Below, piece by piece: positions 53,169 through 62,703 of a stretch of 64,000 nt of DNA. The notes beneath the pieces were generated by a model that worked only from the letters and a program-made list of their open reading frames with translations, made no database searches and had not been told where the DNA came from. The translations under genes and the position numbers were made by a program. Each line of letters begins with the position of its first letter. The stretch's first letter is position 1. The stretch is from Candidatus Sericytochromatia bacterium (GTDB lineage Bacteria; Cyanobacteriota; Sericytochromatia; S15B-MN24; JAQBPE01): contig JAYKJB010000021.1 of the NCBI GenBank assembly GCA_035285325.1, positions 18,549-82,548 of the forward strand. Reading direction: 5' to 3'.

Positions 53169-53999
53169 TTGCACTATCGTTTGATCGCCACCGACCTGGA
53201 CGGCACCTTGTTCGCCCATCAACCAGACGTTCCTGAACGTACCCGGGGGGCGCTCGCGCGGTGGGTGGCCAGTGGGCGCTCGCTCGTGATCGCGACGGGA
53301 CGGATGTACCACTCCACCAAACGGGTGGCGGAACAACTGGGCGTCGAGACCCCGTTGATCTGCTACCAGGGCGCCATGATTCGGTGTCCGCTGACGGAGC
53401 GCACCCTGTGGCACCAAACCGTGGCGCCACAGCCGGCACGGGAATTGATTGACGACCTTGAATCTCAGGGGCTCACCGTGCTTGCCTTTCGGCAGGACCA
53501 GGTTCACACCCGCGTGCTGGACGAGGCCACGCGGGCTTACACCTCGCTCTCACGTACCGAAGCCCGGGTCATCCCAGGCTGGGACTGGTTTCTGCAGGAG
53601 GGCTCCCCCACCAAGCTGGTGGCGATCGGAGAACCCGCCCGGGTCAGTCGCGAGTTGGGCCGGCTGCGTCCGGCCTGGGCTGGCCTGCTTCACATCGTGC
53701 AGTCGCAACCCAATTTTCTCGAAGTCGTGCATCCCGAAGCCAACAAAGGGGCTGCCTTGCGCCATCTGTGTCAGCACATGGACATCGCGATGGAGGCGGT
53801 CATCGCGATCGGGGACGGCCAGAACGACCTCGAGATGGTCCAGGAGGCGGGGCTGGGCGTGGCGATGGGCAACGCCCATCCCGACCTGTCCAGGGTGGCC
53901 GACTGCCAGATCGGCCACGTGGCCGATCAAGGCATCGTCGCCTTCATCGAGGGGCTGCTGGCAGATCCGGGCAGGGCCTCAAGGCTGCCACCCGCTTGA
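53169..53999 (+). CDS. Cof-type HAD-IIB hydrolase
   Basis: 'IATDLDGTLF' is motif I. 'GDGQNDLEM' and 'MGNA' are the C-terminal HAD motifs. Confidence 0.8.
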   Translation: MHYRLIATDLDGTLFAHQPDVPERTRGALARWVASGRSLVIATGRMYHSTKRVAEQLGVETPLICYQGAMIRCPLTERTLWHQTVAPQPARELIDDLESQGLTVLAFRQDQVHTRVLDEATRAYTSLSRTEARVIPGWDWFLQEGSPTKLVAIGEPARVSRELGRLRPAWAGLLHIVQSQPNFLEVVHPEANKGAALRHLCQHMDIAMEAVIAIGDGQNDLEMVQEAGLGVAMGNAHPDLSRVADCQIGHVADQGIVAFIEGLLADPGRASRLPPA

Positions 54000-54015
54000 A
54001 CGAGGCAGCCTGCGC

Positions 54016-54699
54016 TCAGCGCTTGGGCTGCGGGTGAGCGTCGTCCAGCCCCTTCATCATCTCAGTGAGGTCGACCGTCTCGTAGCCACCGGGCACATTG
54101 AAAGCCGAGGCAGGCAAGTTCGAAGATGGCGTGAATTGTTTGACCGTCCAGGCAAACATCGGCTTGGACTTCTCCAGGTAGACGAACTTGAAGGGGATGG
54201 CCAGCCGCTCGGAGACCCAGATTCGCACGTGTCCGCTCTTGTCGTGCTGTTCGCGGATGGTGCAAGGTTCCCCGGCAATGGTTTCGGAGCCGATGGCTCG
54301 ACTGCGCGCCTTGAAGGTGGTGGAAAAATCCCGCAACCGGAACTGACTCAGTTGCTGCAAGGAGCGGTTTTCCGCCATCTCATCGAGGGAGGCCATCTCC
54401 ATCTTCATGGCCTGCTTGTCGGCGGGATTCAGCAAGATCACCGTGCGCCCTCCCTCGCTGGCGAGCACGACGTTGAACGGGGCCACGCCCTCCGCACTCA
54501 CCGGGGCGGCCATCTCCAGGCGGATCCGGCCGCCCTGGTAGTACAGCGTGTTGGCCACCGGCTTGCTAGCGGCGCGTGCCTGATCCCAGGTCTGGGCCTC
54601 GCCAATGGCCTTGAACGCCGTGGGAATCGCCCAGGCGGGCAAGCTGGAGACAGCCACGCAGGCTGCCGAAAGAAACGTCGTCACCAGCCACTTCAACAT
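54016..54699 (-). CDS. Secreted hypothetical protein, last gene of the Bat-like operon
   Basis: Signal 'WLVTTFLSAACVAVSSLPAWA'. No known catalytic motif. Confidence 0.5.
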   Translation of the reverse strand: MLKWLVTTFLSAACVAVSSLPAWAIPTAFKAIGEAQTWDQARAASKPVANTLYYQGGRIRLEMAAPVSAEGVAPFNVVLASEGGRTVILLNPADKQAMKMEMASLDEMAENRSLQQLSQFRLRDFSTTFKARSRAIGSETIAGEPCTIREQHDKSGHVRIWVSERLAIPFKFVYLEKSKPMFAWTVKQFTPSSNLPASAFNVPGGYETVDLTEMMKGLDDAHPQPKR

Positions 54700-54738
54700 C
54701 GGTTCAGTCCTCCTCGAACGCGCAACATGAAACACCTA

Positions 54739-56526
54739 TCACCAATCCCGCTCCAAGTCGAACCCGCTCAGCGCACGCTCGATCAAGCGCCCCGGGTCCG
54801 GAAGTTCGCCAGCCCGACTGGGGGCGCGATTCCCACTCTCTTCCGCCAGGCGACGACGCTCGTCCTGTTCCAACGCCTTGAGCGTCGAGTCGACTTCAGC
54901 CTGAGTGGGCAACTGGGAAAGCTCCGGGGGATGATAAGGCGGGTTGACGCCCACGGCCCCAGCGGCGCCTGCGGCGGCGCGCCCGCCGGACGGAGAGGGT
55001 GAAGGCGACGCGGGAGGGGGCGACGCCTGTTTCAGGCGCTGTCGCGCCAAGGCCAGATTCTGACGCGCCTCGGCATCTTCGGGCCAGTGTTGGAGCGCGG
55101 CCTCGTAATCGGCGATCGCCTGCTCGTACCCCGTACGTCCGGAGCCTCGTTCAGCCTGCCGAAAATGAACATTGCCGAGATTGTAGCGAAGGGTGCCCCG
55201 CTGATGGCCCGCGGCCGTCGACAAGGCAGCCTGGAACTCCTTTTCGGCGTGGTCCAGATCGCCCTGCTGGTAGCGCAACCAGCCCAGATTGGCGTGCAAG
55301 GGGGCCGAGCCAGGGTCCTGACGCAAGGCCGAGCGCAGCAGAGCTTCACTGCGTATCACATCCGAGGCGCGTTGGGCCTCGATGGCCTGCTGATTGAGGT
55401 ACCAGGATGGCAGCCAGGCCCAGCCCCCCACCAGCACCGGAACCATGAGGCCCGGCCCGATGGCCGACGCACGATCAAGCGCCAGGCGCAGCGCGCTGGA
55501 AAAAGAAGGATGCTTGACGCGACGTCGGTAGAGTTCGAGCAACGCCTCTAACAAGAGGAACAGCGTGCCCAGCGCCAGCAGCCACTGAAAGGGCTCCAAG
55601 ACCTCGGCGGGGGCGAACCTCACGGAAGGGGAGGGAGGCGCCTCCCCCGCACCGGCCCCCAGAAAGCGTCTGACGTCATCGACCGCCGTCGCCTCCGCCA
55701 GATCCACAGAGACGCCACGGGTGATCTCGGCCAGATTGGCCAGCAGGGCCGGTGCGGCCCGGCTGGTGATGGTCTCCCCCCGGTACTGAACGAACCCTGG
55801 ATTGCCCCACATGTCAGGTTCGGTCGGGACCGGCCCCCCTTCCTCCGTGCCACAGACAGCCGTCAGGAGCACCGCGTGCTGGTCTCGAGCGAGCCGGGCG
55901 GCCTGTTCGATGTCACCGGACAACACCTCGCCATCACTGCAGAGAAGCACGTGCCGCGGCCCGGGACGAAACAGCGGCAGGGCCGCGCGAATACCGGCCT
56001 CCAGGTCCGTCCCCTTGCCGGGGCCCTCCCCTGGCCTGGCCCGCTGCAGCAACGTCTTGACCGCCTCCAGATCAGAGGTCAAGGGACAGACGACATCCGC
56101 GTCACCGGCCATCAAGACCACCCCACAGCGCCAGCCGGACAGGGTAGGCAGCAGCGTTTCCAGGAAACGACGCATCGCATCCGCCCTGGCCACCCCGAGG
56201 ACGTCCATCACGCCCATGCTGCGGCTGACGTCCAGCACCAGCACCAGCTGGCCGTCCGTGCGGGCTTCGCCGGTCGCACGCGCCGTGCCCCAACGCGGCT
56301 CACTCAAGGCCAAGACGCAGCAGGTCAGAGCGGTCAGCAGCAGAAGGCTCTGCTGAAATTGCCGCCCCGCGCGCGGCCATTCCCCAGCGGCCCGACGTGC
56401 AGCCCCCGCTTTGAATTGTTCGAGCGCCACGGCGGCGCGCTGACGGTCGACCCAGGCGCGCATCAGCAGAACGGGCAGACACAGGAGCAAGAGCAGCAGA
56501 ACCGGCGCAGCCAGATGGAACGTCAC
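54739..56526 (-). CDS. BatB-like VWA plus TPR membrane protein
   Basis: An N-terminal TM segment, a VWA domain 'LVLVLDVSRSM', and C-terminal TPR units ('LGWLRYQQGDLDHAEKEFQAAL'). Confidence 0.75.
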   Translation of the reverse strand: MTFHLAAPVLLLLLLCLPVLLMRAWVDRQRAAVALEQFKAGAARRAAGEWPRAGRQFQQSLLLLTALTCCVLALSEPRWGTARATGEARTDGQLVLVLDVSRSMGVMDVLGVARADAMRRFLETLLPTLSGWRCGVVLMAGDADVVCPLTSDLEAVKTLLQRARPGEGPGKGTDLEAGIRAALPLFRPGPRHVLLCSDGEVLSGDIEQAARLARDQHAVLLTAVCGTEEGGPVPTEPDMWGNPGFVQYRGETITSRAAPALLANLAEITRGVSVDLAEATAVDDVRRFLGAGAGEAPPSPSVRFAPAEVLEPFQWLLALGTLFLLLEALLELYRRRVKHPSFSSALRLALDRASAIGPGLMVPVLVGGWAWLPSWYLNQQAIEAQRASDVIRSEALLRSALRQDPGSAPLHANLGWLRYQQGDLDHAEKEFQAALSTAAGHQRGTLRYNLGNVHFRQAERGSGRTGYEQAIADYEAALQHWPEDAEARQNLALARQRLKQASPPPASPSPSPSGGRAAAGAAGAVGVNPPYHPPELSQLPTQAEVDSTLKALEQDERRRLAEESGNRAPSRAGELPDPGRLIERALSGFDLERDW

Positions 56527-57536
56527 GCGCCTACCTCCAAGACCCGCATGCGTCCGGTGGAGGTCCAGAAGCGCAGCAATACCAGGGCCAGGGCCAACCA
56601 GACCAGGCCCTGGAAATGGTCTTCCAGGCGTCGCCGCCGTTGTCGTTGCACCTCGGAACGCTCCAGGCGATTGATCTCGTCATACACCGCTCGCAGCGCC
56701 CTGGTGTCCGTGGCTCGGAAGTAACGGCCCCCGGTAATGGCCGCGATCCGCTTCAAGCTGACTTCGTTGATCTGGGGGAGAATCAAGCGCCCCTCACTGT
56801 CGCGCAGGTAGATCTTCTCGCCGAACGCATTGGGCATCGGAATTGGGGCCCCACCAGGCTTGCCCACGGCAATCGTATGGATGCGAATGCCCTTGACCCT
56901 CGCCATCCCGGCCGCACGAATCGGGTCCAGGTATCCCGAATTGTTCTCGCCGTCCGTGAACAGGACGATCACACGCCCCCGCGAGTTGGCCTCTTTCAGG
57001 CGATACAAGCAATTGCCGATGGCATCGCCGATGGCCGTTCCGTCCTGTCGAATGGTCTGAAAATCAACGCGGGCCAGCGCCTCCCGCACCATCGCATGAT
57101 CCAGGGTCAGAGGCGCCACGGTGAGGGAGCGGCCAGCAAAAACCACCAGGCCCATCCGGTGGTCCGTCGACTTGCCAATAAACTCCCCGATGACCTGTTT
57201 GGCCGCCACCAATCGATTCTCCGGCTGAAAGTCCTCTGCCCGCATCGAGCCGGACAGGTCGAGCGCCAACATCACGTCCACCGCCATTTGCCGCTCGTCG
57301 ATCCAGGTGGTGCCCCATTGTGGGCGGGCGATCGCCGCGATCAGCAGGAACAGCGCGGCCAAACGCAGCGTCCAGGCCATCGGATCTGCCAGACGCCCTC
57401 GCCAACCCCGGTGCATCAGAAAGCGCAGGGAGGAAAATGACGTCGAATGCGCGCGGGGCAGGACACGCCAGGCCAGCACCAGCAATACGGGCAGCGCAGC
57501 CAACGCGGCGAGCACGGTGGGAGTCCCCCAGGTCAA
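56523..57536 (-). CDS. BatA-like VWA membrane protein
   Basis: Two N-terminal TM segments and a VWA MIDAS motif 'MLALDLSGSM'. It overlaps its neighbours by 4 nt. Confidence 0.8.
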   Translation of the reverse strand: MTWGTPTVLAALAALPVLLVLAWRVLPRAHSTSFSSLRFLMHRGWRGRLADPMAWTLRLAALFLLIAAIARPQWGTTWIDERQMAVDVMLALDLSGSMRAEDFQPENRLVAAKQVIGEFIGKSTDHRMGLVVFAGRSLTVAPLTLDHAMVREALARVDFQTIRQDGTAIGDAIGNCLYRLKEANSRGRVIVLFTDGENNSGYLDPIRAAGMARVKGIRIHTIAVGKPGGAPIPMPNAFGEKIYLRDSEGRLILPQINEVSLKRIAAITGGRYFRATDTRALRAVYDEINRLERSEVQRQRRRRLEDHFQGLVWLALALVLLRFWTSTGRMRVLEVGA

Positions 57537-58093
57537 GCGGGCCTCCTCTCGTCCGCCTTGGCCCCGCCAGCGGCAAGGGGCACGTCCAGCGAACGAAGCC
57601 AGCCGTCGCCCGTCAGCTCAAGAAAGCGCTCCGCCTGCCCGAGCGTGTGCAGCCCTTCCGGCACGAGGGCCTCAGAAGGAGAAAAACGAGCGGTGTCCGT
57701 GTTCACCAGAATCTGAGCGAGCAGCGGCCGCGCCCCCTCGGGCGCAGTGGTTTGCCCCCAATGGTGCAAAAGCTCCGGGCTGGTCAAAGCCTGAGCGGGC
57801 AACTTCCATTGCTGATGAAGATGAGCGCGGAGGATGTCCGAGAGGTTCTGGTGGAGACCTTCAGCGGAGATTTCACCGGCCTTCGCGGCGCGCCGCAACC
57901 CCGCCAAGGCATCGGACGTTCGCTGGAAAACGGGGCCGACAGAGTCATGTGGCAGGCTTCGCCCGGCGAGCCACCGACGGCGACGCCACCAGAACACGCT
58001 CAGCATCGCCAGCCCGAGCATCAAGCAGACAGCAGGCCAGGCCCACGAAGGCCCCATGAGCAGCATTGGCTTCAATCCGTGAATGTCTTCCAC
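57533..58093 (-). CDS. DUF4381-like single-TM protein, first gene of the Bat-like operon
   Basis: One TM segment ('AWPAVCLMLGLAMLSVFWW'), in the position DUF4381 occupies upstream of batA. Confidence 0.45.
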   Translation of the reverse strand: MEDIHGLKPMLLMGPSWAWPAVCLMLGLAMLSVFWWRRRRWLAGRSLPHDSVGPVFQRTSDALAGLRRAAKAGEISAEGLHQNLSDILRAHLHQQWKLPAQALTSPELLHHWGQTTAPEGARPLLAQILVNTDTARFSPSEALVPEGLHTLGQAERFLELTGDGWLRSLDVPLAAGGAKADERRPA

Positions 58094-58304
58094 CGTGGTT
58101 CAGCCCTGGCTAACGACCCGCACACGGGGATTTGCTGGATCTTGGTACTGTTTCACGCATCATCCAGATCAGCCCGCTGCAAAGGAGGATGAAGCCAGGC
58201 ATTTCGGCCCGTTGAGTACAGAAACTATGATCATGATCACATGTGCCTTCGCGCGCGGGGTCGTAACATAATGACATGCTTTGCGCGTACAAGGAGGCTT
58301 CACC

Positions 58305-58718
58305 ATGAACCACGACCCCGTGAGTGCTCGCCAGTCGGCGGGACAGGGCAATTTTGACACCCTGCGTACCGCCCTCACCGCCGATTCGGCCACCCCTGAA
58401 ATTGTGGCCATTTTTCAGCAAATCAAGAATCTGCGCGAGAGCGACCGCAGCCTTCGGTCCATTCGGCGGAATCTCGACCTCGATAATGTGCCGACCCTCG
58501 AGCCTCTGGACGAGCCGCTGATCGACGAGGCAGACATCGTTCAACCGGGTGACCTGGCTGGCTTGCTGGATGCCTTCATCTCGTTGAAACGGGAGCACGA
58601 GGACCTGCGTGCGCGCTTCACTCAGATGAGCGAAACGGCCCACGCGTTGGAATCCAAGCTGACGCAGCTGAACCAGTTGTTGAACATCGACGCCCAGAAC
58701 GGGCAGAACACCCTTTAA
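58305..58718 (+). CDS. Hypothetical coiled-coil protein
   Basis: The ATG at 58305 sits 8 nt after AAGGAGG. The C-terminal heptad region is 'LKREHEDLRARFTQMSETAHALESKLTQLNQLL'. Confidence 0.45.
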   Translation: MNHDPVSARQSAGQGNFDTLRTALTADSATPEIVAIFQQIKNLRESDRSLRSIRRNLDLDNVPTLEPLDEPLIDEADIVQPGDLAGLLDAFISLKREHEDLRARFTQMSETAHALESKLTQLNQLLNIDAQNGQNTL

Positions 58719-58730
58719 AGCCTTGGTCGC

Positions 58731-58761
58731 GCCACAGTTGCCCTCCTGGGGCAACTGTGGC
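58731..58761 (+). terminator. Perfect 13-bp hairpin (GCCACAGTTGCCC / GGGCAACTGTGGC) without U-tract, between the upstream gene and tRNA-Leu
   Basis: Read directly. It lies 13 nt after the TAA at 58716-58718 and 15 nt before the tRNA. Confidence 0.4.
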
Positions 58762-58775
58762 ACAATGCCCTTAGC

Positions 58776-58855
58776 GCTCAGGTGGCGGAATTGGCAGACG
58801 CGCACGTTTGAGGGGCGTGTGGGAAACCGTATGGGTTCAAGTCCCATCCTGAGCA
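58776..58855 (+). tRNA. tRNA-Leu (anticodon GAG), class II
   Basis: Acceptor GCTCAGG pairs with CCTGAGC. The D-arm TGGCGGAATTGGCAGACGCG is nearly identical to E. coli tRNA-Leu. Anticodon stem CACGT/GCGTG with loop TTGAGGG gives anticodon GAG at 34-36 and G37. The variable arm is 11 nt. T-arm is ATGGG-TTCAAGT-CCCAT. Discriminator A. CCA is not encoded. Confidence 0.85.
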
Positions 58856-58860
58856 CTGTT

Positions 58861-58890
58861 GGCCTCCTGTTATCAGGGGGCCTTTTTTTT
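58861..58890 (+). terminator. Rho-independent terminator after the tRNA
   Basis: GGCCTCCTG, a TTAT loop, then CAGGGGGCC followed by TTTTTTTT. The convergent recD2 stop overlaps the T-tract. Confidence 0.7.
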
Positions 58891-61084
58891 ATGTGGACGG
58901 CCCACCCCCGAGCTGTCCCAGATGCCAGCGCAGGCCGGTCCGCCGAGCCGGGGAGGGCTGGGCCACGGCTCGCTCGATGGCCGCAGAAGATCCCACCACC
59001 ACCACCACCCTGCGTGCCCGCGTGAAGGCCGTGTAAAGGACCTCGCGCTGCAACAGTGGGCCGTGACAGAGGGAGAGCGCCACGACCACCGCTGGGTATT
59101 CACTGCCCTGGCTCTTGTGAACCGTGATGGCCCACGCCGGTTCCAGAAACTGGCGCAGCCGGAAGGGATAAGCCACGCAGCGTTCCCCGAAGCGAATCCA
59201 GGCCATTTTCTGCGGCGGATCAATGCTCTCCACCACGCCCACATCCCCATTGAAAACCCCCAATTCGAGATCGTTGGCACACTGCATCACCCGGTTGCCC
59301 ACCACGAAGATCGGATCCGAATCAGCTCCCACATCGAGATGAAGGTGCCGCTGCAAATCGACATTGAGGGTGCGGGCCCCCAGCGGCCCCTGCAGCGCGG
59401 GGGTCAGGACCTGTATTTCCGTTCTGGGATCGAGCCCTAAGCGTGAGGGAAGGCTCTTCGTCGCGACATTCACCAGCCGCGAGCGGACCGCCTCATCGCC
59501 CTCAGCCTCGACGAAATAGGCTTCACCTCCCGACCCCGTGCCCGGTATCTGCAGCGCGGGTGAAACGCCCTGTCGGATCGCGTGAGCGCAGCGAACCAGT
59601 TCCAGGCTGCCCGAGACGCGAAACACGGTTTCCAGGGTCACCCGTGCGACGCGGGGGTCTTGCATCAGGTCCCGAAAGACCTGTCCTGGTCCCACCGACG
59701 GCAGTTGGTCCGTGTCCCCGATCAGGACCAGGTGTGCGAGTGGGGGCAACGCCTCCAGCAGGTGGCGAGCGAGCTCCAGGTCCATCATGGTGGCTTCATC
59801 CACGATCACCACGTCAGCCGGCAGCACACCCGCATCCGTCCGGTGCAGGCCGCTTCCCGCTGGTTGGAGGCCCAGCAAACGGTGCAAGGTCATCGCGGGT
59901 CGATGCGCGAGTTCGGCCAGGCGCTGTGCAGCCCGACCGGTCGGGGCAGCCAGCAGCACCACCTGTTCCAGGGCCTCCAAGACCGCCAACAGAAACCTCA
60001 CGGTGGTCGACTTGCCCGTGCCAGGACCACCGCTCAATAGAAAGAGGCGATGCTGCAGCGCTCCTTGCACGGCCTCGTGCTGGCGCGGCGACGGAGGGGG
60101 GACCTGGGCGTGAGCCACCCGGGTCACGATCTCCCGCCATTCGGGATGAAGTTCGACGGGCCTCTTCAGCAAGGCCGAGACACGTTTCGCGAGCATCTCT
60201 TCGTCCCGCCAGGCAGGCAACTCTGCGATCGAGATCGTCGCGGTGGCCTGGTCGTGGTACCGAACGAATCGCTCCGCCGCCAGAGCGGCCTGCAAACTCG
60301 CCTCCACGCGCGCCCGTGCTACGCCGCTCAGCGCTTGCACGGTGCCCACGAGTTCCTCTTCATCGCAAGCCGTATGCCCATTTCCCGCCGCCTCACGCAG
60401 CGTCTTCAGCAGCCAAGCCTGTAGTCGCGCAGGCGCCTCAGCCGGCAGGCCCAGGGAACTGGCGAGTCGCTCAGCCTCTGCGAACGAGCAGGAGGAGTCC
60501 AGTTCGAGGAGAGCGAAAGGGTCTTCCCGCAGGGCCGACAGCGCCACTTCACCGTGTCGCTCATCCCACTTCACCGCTTGCCAGCGACTGAGACCCGAGG
60601 CTTCCAAAGCCGTCAACCGCTCGCTTCGCTTCCTCAAAGCCGCCCAGGCCTGTTGCAGCAGGCCCACCCGATGGGAACTCAAACCTGGAATGCCGTGCAA
60701 GCGTTGCGGGGCGTCATCCAGGATGGCGAATACGCTGGCCCCGAAAGCCGCGACCAGAGTCTCTGCGGCACGGGGACCAATCCCAGGCAGCACCCCGGAA
60801 GCCAGGAACCGAATGATCGCCGCCGATTCTGTCGGCAACTCCGCGTCCACCCGTTTGGCATAAAACTGACGCCCATGGCGCGGATGTTCCCCCCAGCGCC
60901 CCAGGGCCTTGATCCTCAGCCCCGCGTGCAGTTCATGCCCTCGTTCGGTGACCAGGGTCCAACAATCCCCCTCGGACTCCACGGAGGCCACGGTGTAGCC
61001 GCTATCGGGATGGCGATAACGAATGGCGAGCAGGTGGCCCCCGGTCTCGACCTGGCGTGTTCCGCCTGATTCTTGACGTGCCAC
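58889..61084 (-). CDS. recD2: RecD2-type ATP-dependent DNA helicase (RecD/TraA family)
   Basis: Walker A 'GGPGTGKSTT', 'VLLAAPTGRAAQRL', Walker B 'VIVDEATMMD', a C-terminal SH3-like domain and 'VHKSQGSE'. The N-terminal region is RecD2-like. Confidence 0.85.
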   Translation of the reverse strand: MARQESGGTRQVETGGHLLAIRYRHPDSGYTVASVESEGDCWTLVTERGHELHAGLRIKALGRWGEHPRHGRQFYAKRVDAELPTESAAIIRFLASGVLPGIGPRAAETLVAAFGASVFAILDDAPQRLHGIPGLSSHRVGLLQQAWAALRKRSERLTALEASGLSRWQAVKWDERHGEVALSALREDPFALLELDSSCSFAEAERLASSLGLPAEAPARLQAWLLKTLREAAGNGHTACDEEELVGTVQALSGVARARVEASLQAALAAERFVRYHDQATATISIAELPAWRDEEMLAKRVSALLKRPVELHPEWREIVTRVAHAQVPPPSPRQHEAVQGALQHRLFLLSGGPGTGKSTTVRFLLAVLEALEQVVLLAAPTGRAAQRLAELAHRPAMTLHRLLGLQPAGSGLHRTDAGVLPADVVIVDEATMMDLELARHLLEALPPLAHLVLIGDTDQLPSVGPGQVFRDLMQDPRVARVTLETVFRVSGSLELVRCAHAIRQGVSPALQIPGTGSGGEAYFVEAEGDEAVRSRLVNVATKSLPSRLGLDPRTEIQVLTPALQGPLGARTLNVDLQRHLHLDVGADSDPIFVVGNRVMQCANDLELGVFNGDVGVVESIDPPQKMAWIRFGERCVAYPFRLRQFLEPAWAITVHKSQGSEYPAVVVALSLCHGPLLQREVLYTAFTRARRVVVVVGSSAAIERAVAQPSPARRTGLRWHLGQLGGGPST

Positions 61085-62215
61085 CTAGGGCGCTCCAGTT
61101 CGGGACCACGCCGACAGGCGAGCGTCCAGGTAATCAAGTCCCCCCTTGAGCACTGTGGCATCCCGTTGACCGATTCCGACTCGCAACACGCCGGGCATGC
61201 CGATCGTGCCGCCGGGGATGACGAGCACGCGGTCATCGCGATAGCAGGCTTCGGCAAACGTCTGGTCATCGAACGGCAGGGCGGCGTGGATTCCGAGCAG
61301 ACACACCCCTGCGTGGGGCGAAAGCCCCCCCCTGAGGTCGGGACGTTCCGCCAGCCAGGCCTCCACCATCGCGCGATTGCGGGCCAGGATCGCCTGGTTG
61401 GCAGCCATCAGCCGATCCTTGTGAGGCCAGATGTGCCGAACCCAGGCCGTCGCCGTATTGCTGAGGGCCAGGCCATTGTGTTCCCGCCAGAGGACGGCGT
61501 CCGCCAGCACGCTGGAATCACCAGCCAACCAGCCCACCCGCGCGCCCGGCAGGCCCCAAGCCTTGGAAACCGAATTGGTCACCAGCAACCGCGCCGGCCC
61601 CAATCGCCGCAAGGTGGAGCCGGGAGAGGGAGCCAGTCCTCGATACACCTCATCCAGCAGCAAATGGCCTCTGGTGGTCCCGCGAACAGCCTCCACCACG
61701 CGCGCAAGGTCCGACGGTTCCAGACAGTGCCCGGTCGGGTTGTGCGGCGAGTTGAGAACCACCAACCGCACGCTGCTGTCCACCCCATCCAGCAGGGTGT
61801 CGACCTCCCAGGATGAATGGCCGTCTGAGGGCCTCCAGAGATGGACCTGGGCCCCCCAGGCCTGCGCGAGGGCCCGCAACTGCGGATAGATGGGCCACTG
61901 CATGATCACCCGATCCCCTGGCGACAGCAGCGCGGCGAGGGCCAAAAAGTTCCCCTCCGAGGCACCTTGCGTGAGTAACACGCCATCCTCCGCCGGCAAG
62001 CCCTCGTCTTCGGCAATCAAGGCACGCAGTGAATCACAGCCTTGTGGCGTGTCATACCCCCAATCCAAATCGAACTCCAGCGGCCCCACCATCTCCTGCA
62101 ACGCGACATGGGGCCAGGCCTCAACGGCTGCGCCGCCGAGCATGTGCCGGTAGGGACCAGGCCGCAGGGTGAACCAACGCTCGAGTGGGGAGGCGCCAAC
62201 ATGCATCGCGGACAA
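61085..62215 (-). CDS. PLP-dependent class I/II aminotransferase (HisC/CobD-like)
   Basis: 'LNSPHNPTGHCL', 'LLLDEVYRGL' and a 'SKAWGLPGARVGW' Lys region. Its stop abuts the recD2 start codon. Confidence 0.75.
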   Translation of the reverse strand: MSAMHVGASPLERWFTLRPGPYRHMLGGAAVEAWPHVALQEMVGPLEFDLDWGYDTPQGCDSLRALIAEDEGLPAEDGVLLTQGASEGNFLALAALLSPGDRVIMQWPIYPQLRALAQAWGAQVHLWRPSDGHSSWEVDTLLDGVDSSVRLVVLNSPHNPTGHCLEPSDLARVVEAVRGTTRGHLLLDEVYRGLAPSPGSTLRRLGPARLLVTNSVSKAWGLPGARVGWLAGDSSVLADAVLWREHNGLALSNTATAWVRHIWPHKDRLMAANQAILARNRAMVEAWLAERPDLRGGLSPHAGVCLLGIHAALPFDDQTFAEACYRDDRVLVIPGGTIGMPGVLRVGIGQRDATVLKGGLDYLDARLSAWSRTGAP

Positions 62216-62331
62216 GCTTCATCGGGCATCCGGCGGATGTCAAGTCGTGCCTCCAGCGGATACGATGCGCCACATAGCGGCGGTCACTTGAGCCCGGATG
62301 ACCGGGCCCAGGGAGGGGTGGAGGAGAGGCG

Positions 62332-62703
62332 ATGACAGCTTTCGACAAGCATCGGCAGGAGCTGGAGCGGACCCGCGCACGCCTGAACGAGCACATTCTC
62401 GCCCATCGCAGCAGCATCAAATCGCACGGCTCACACAGTGTCCAGGATGCCTACTCCAATTCAGGCGACAGTGAATGGGTGGACGACGCCTCCGATACCT
62501 ACGCGATGGCGCTCGACGTCTCCATGCTCGAACGTTACAAGCACCGCTTGCAACTGGTGGAGAGCGCCTTGCGGCGAATGGCTGAGAACCATTACGGGCA
62601 ATGCATTCGATGCCAGGAGGGCATTGGTCGGGAGCGCCTCACGGCCATTCCCGAAACCCCTTACTGTCGGGATTGTGAAGCGGAAGTGGAAGTCGACGCC
62701 TGA
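62332..62703 (+). CDS. DksA/TraR-family C4-type zinc-finger protein
   Basis: 'CIRCQEGIGRERLTAIPETPYCRDCE' is the C4 finger. The preceding region is coiled-coil. An AGGAG RBS is present. Confidence 0.8.
   Translation: MTAFDKHRQELERTRARLNEHILAHRSSIKSHGSHSVQDAYSNSGDSEWVDDASDTYAMALDVSMLERYKHRLQLVESALRRMAENHYGQCIRCQEGIGRERLTAIPETPYCRDCEAEVEVDA

Noticed and set aside
58776-58855. Alternative anticodon readings of the tRNA (TGA for Ser, or TTG for Gln) obtained by shifting the anticodon loop.
   Set aside because: Only the register giving CACGT/GCGTG stem pairing (4 Watson-Crick pairs plus 1 G-U) with a 7-nt loop TTGAGGG is consistent. The D-arm is Leu-type, so GAG (Leu) is retained.
58110-58856. 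A 248-aa minus-strand ORF spanning the tRNA-Leu locus.
   Set aside because: It overlaps a confidently folded tRNA and a plus-strand gene with a good RBS. It has no domain signal and is treated as spurious.
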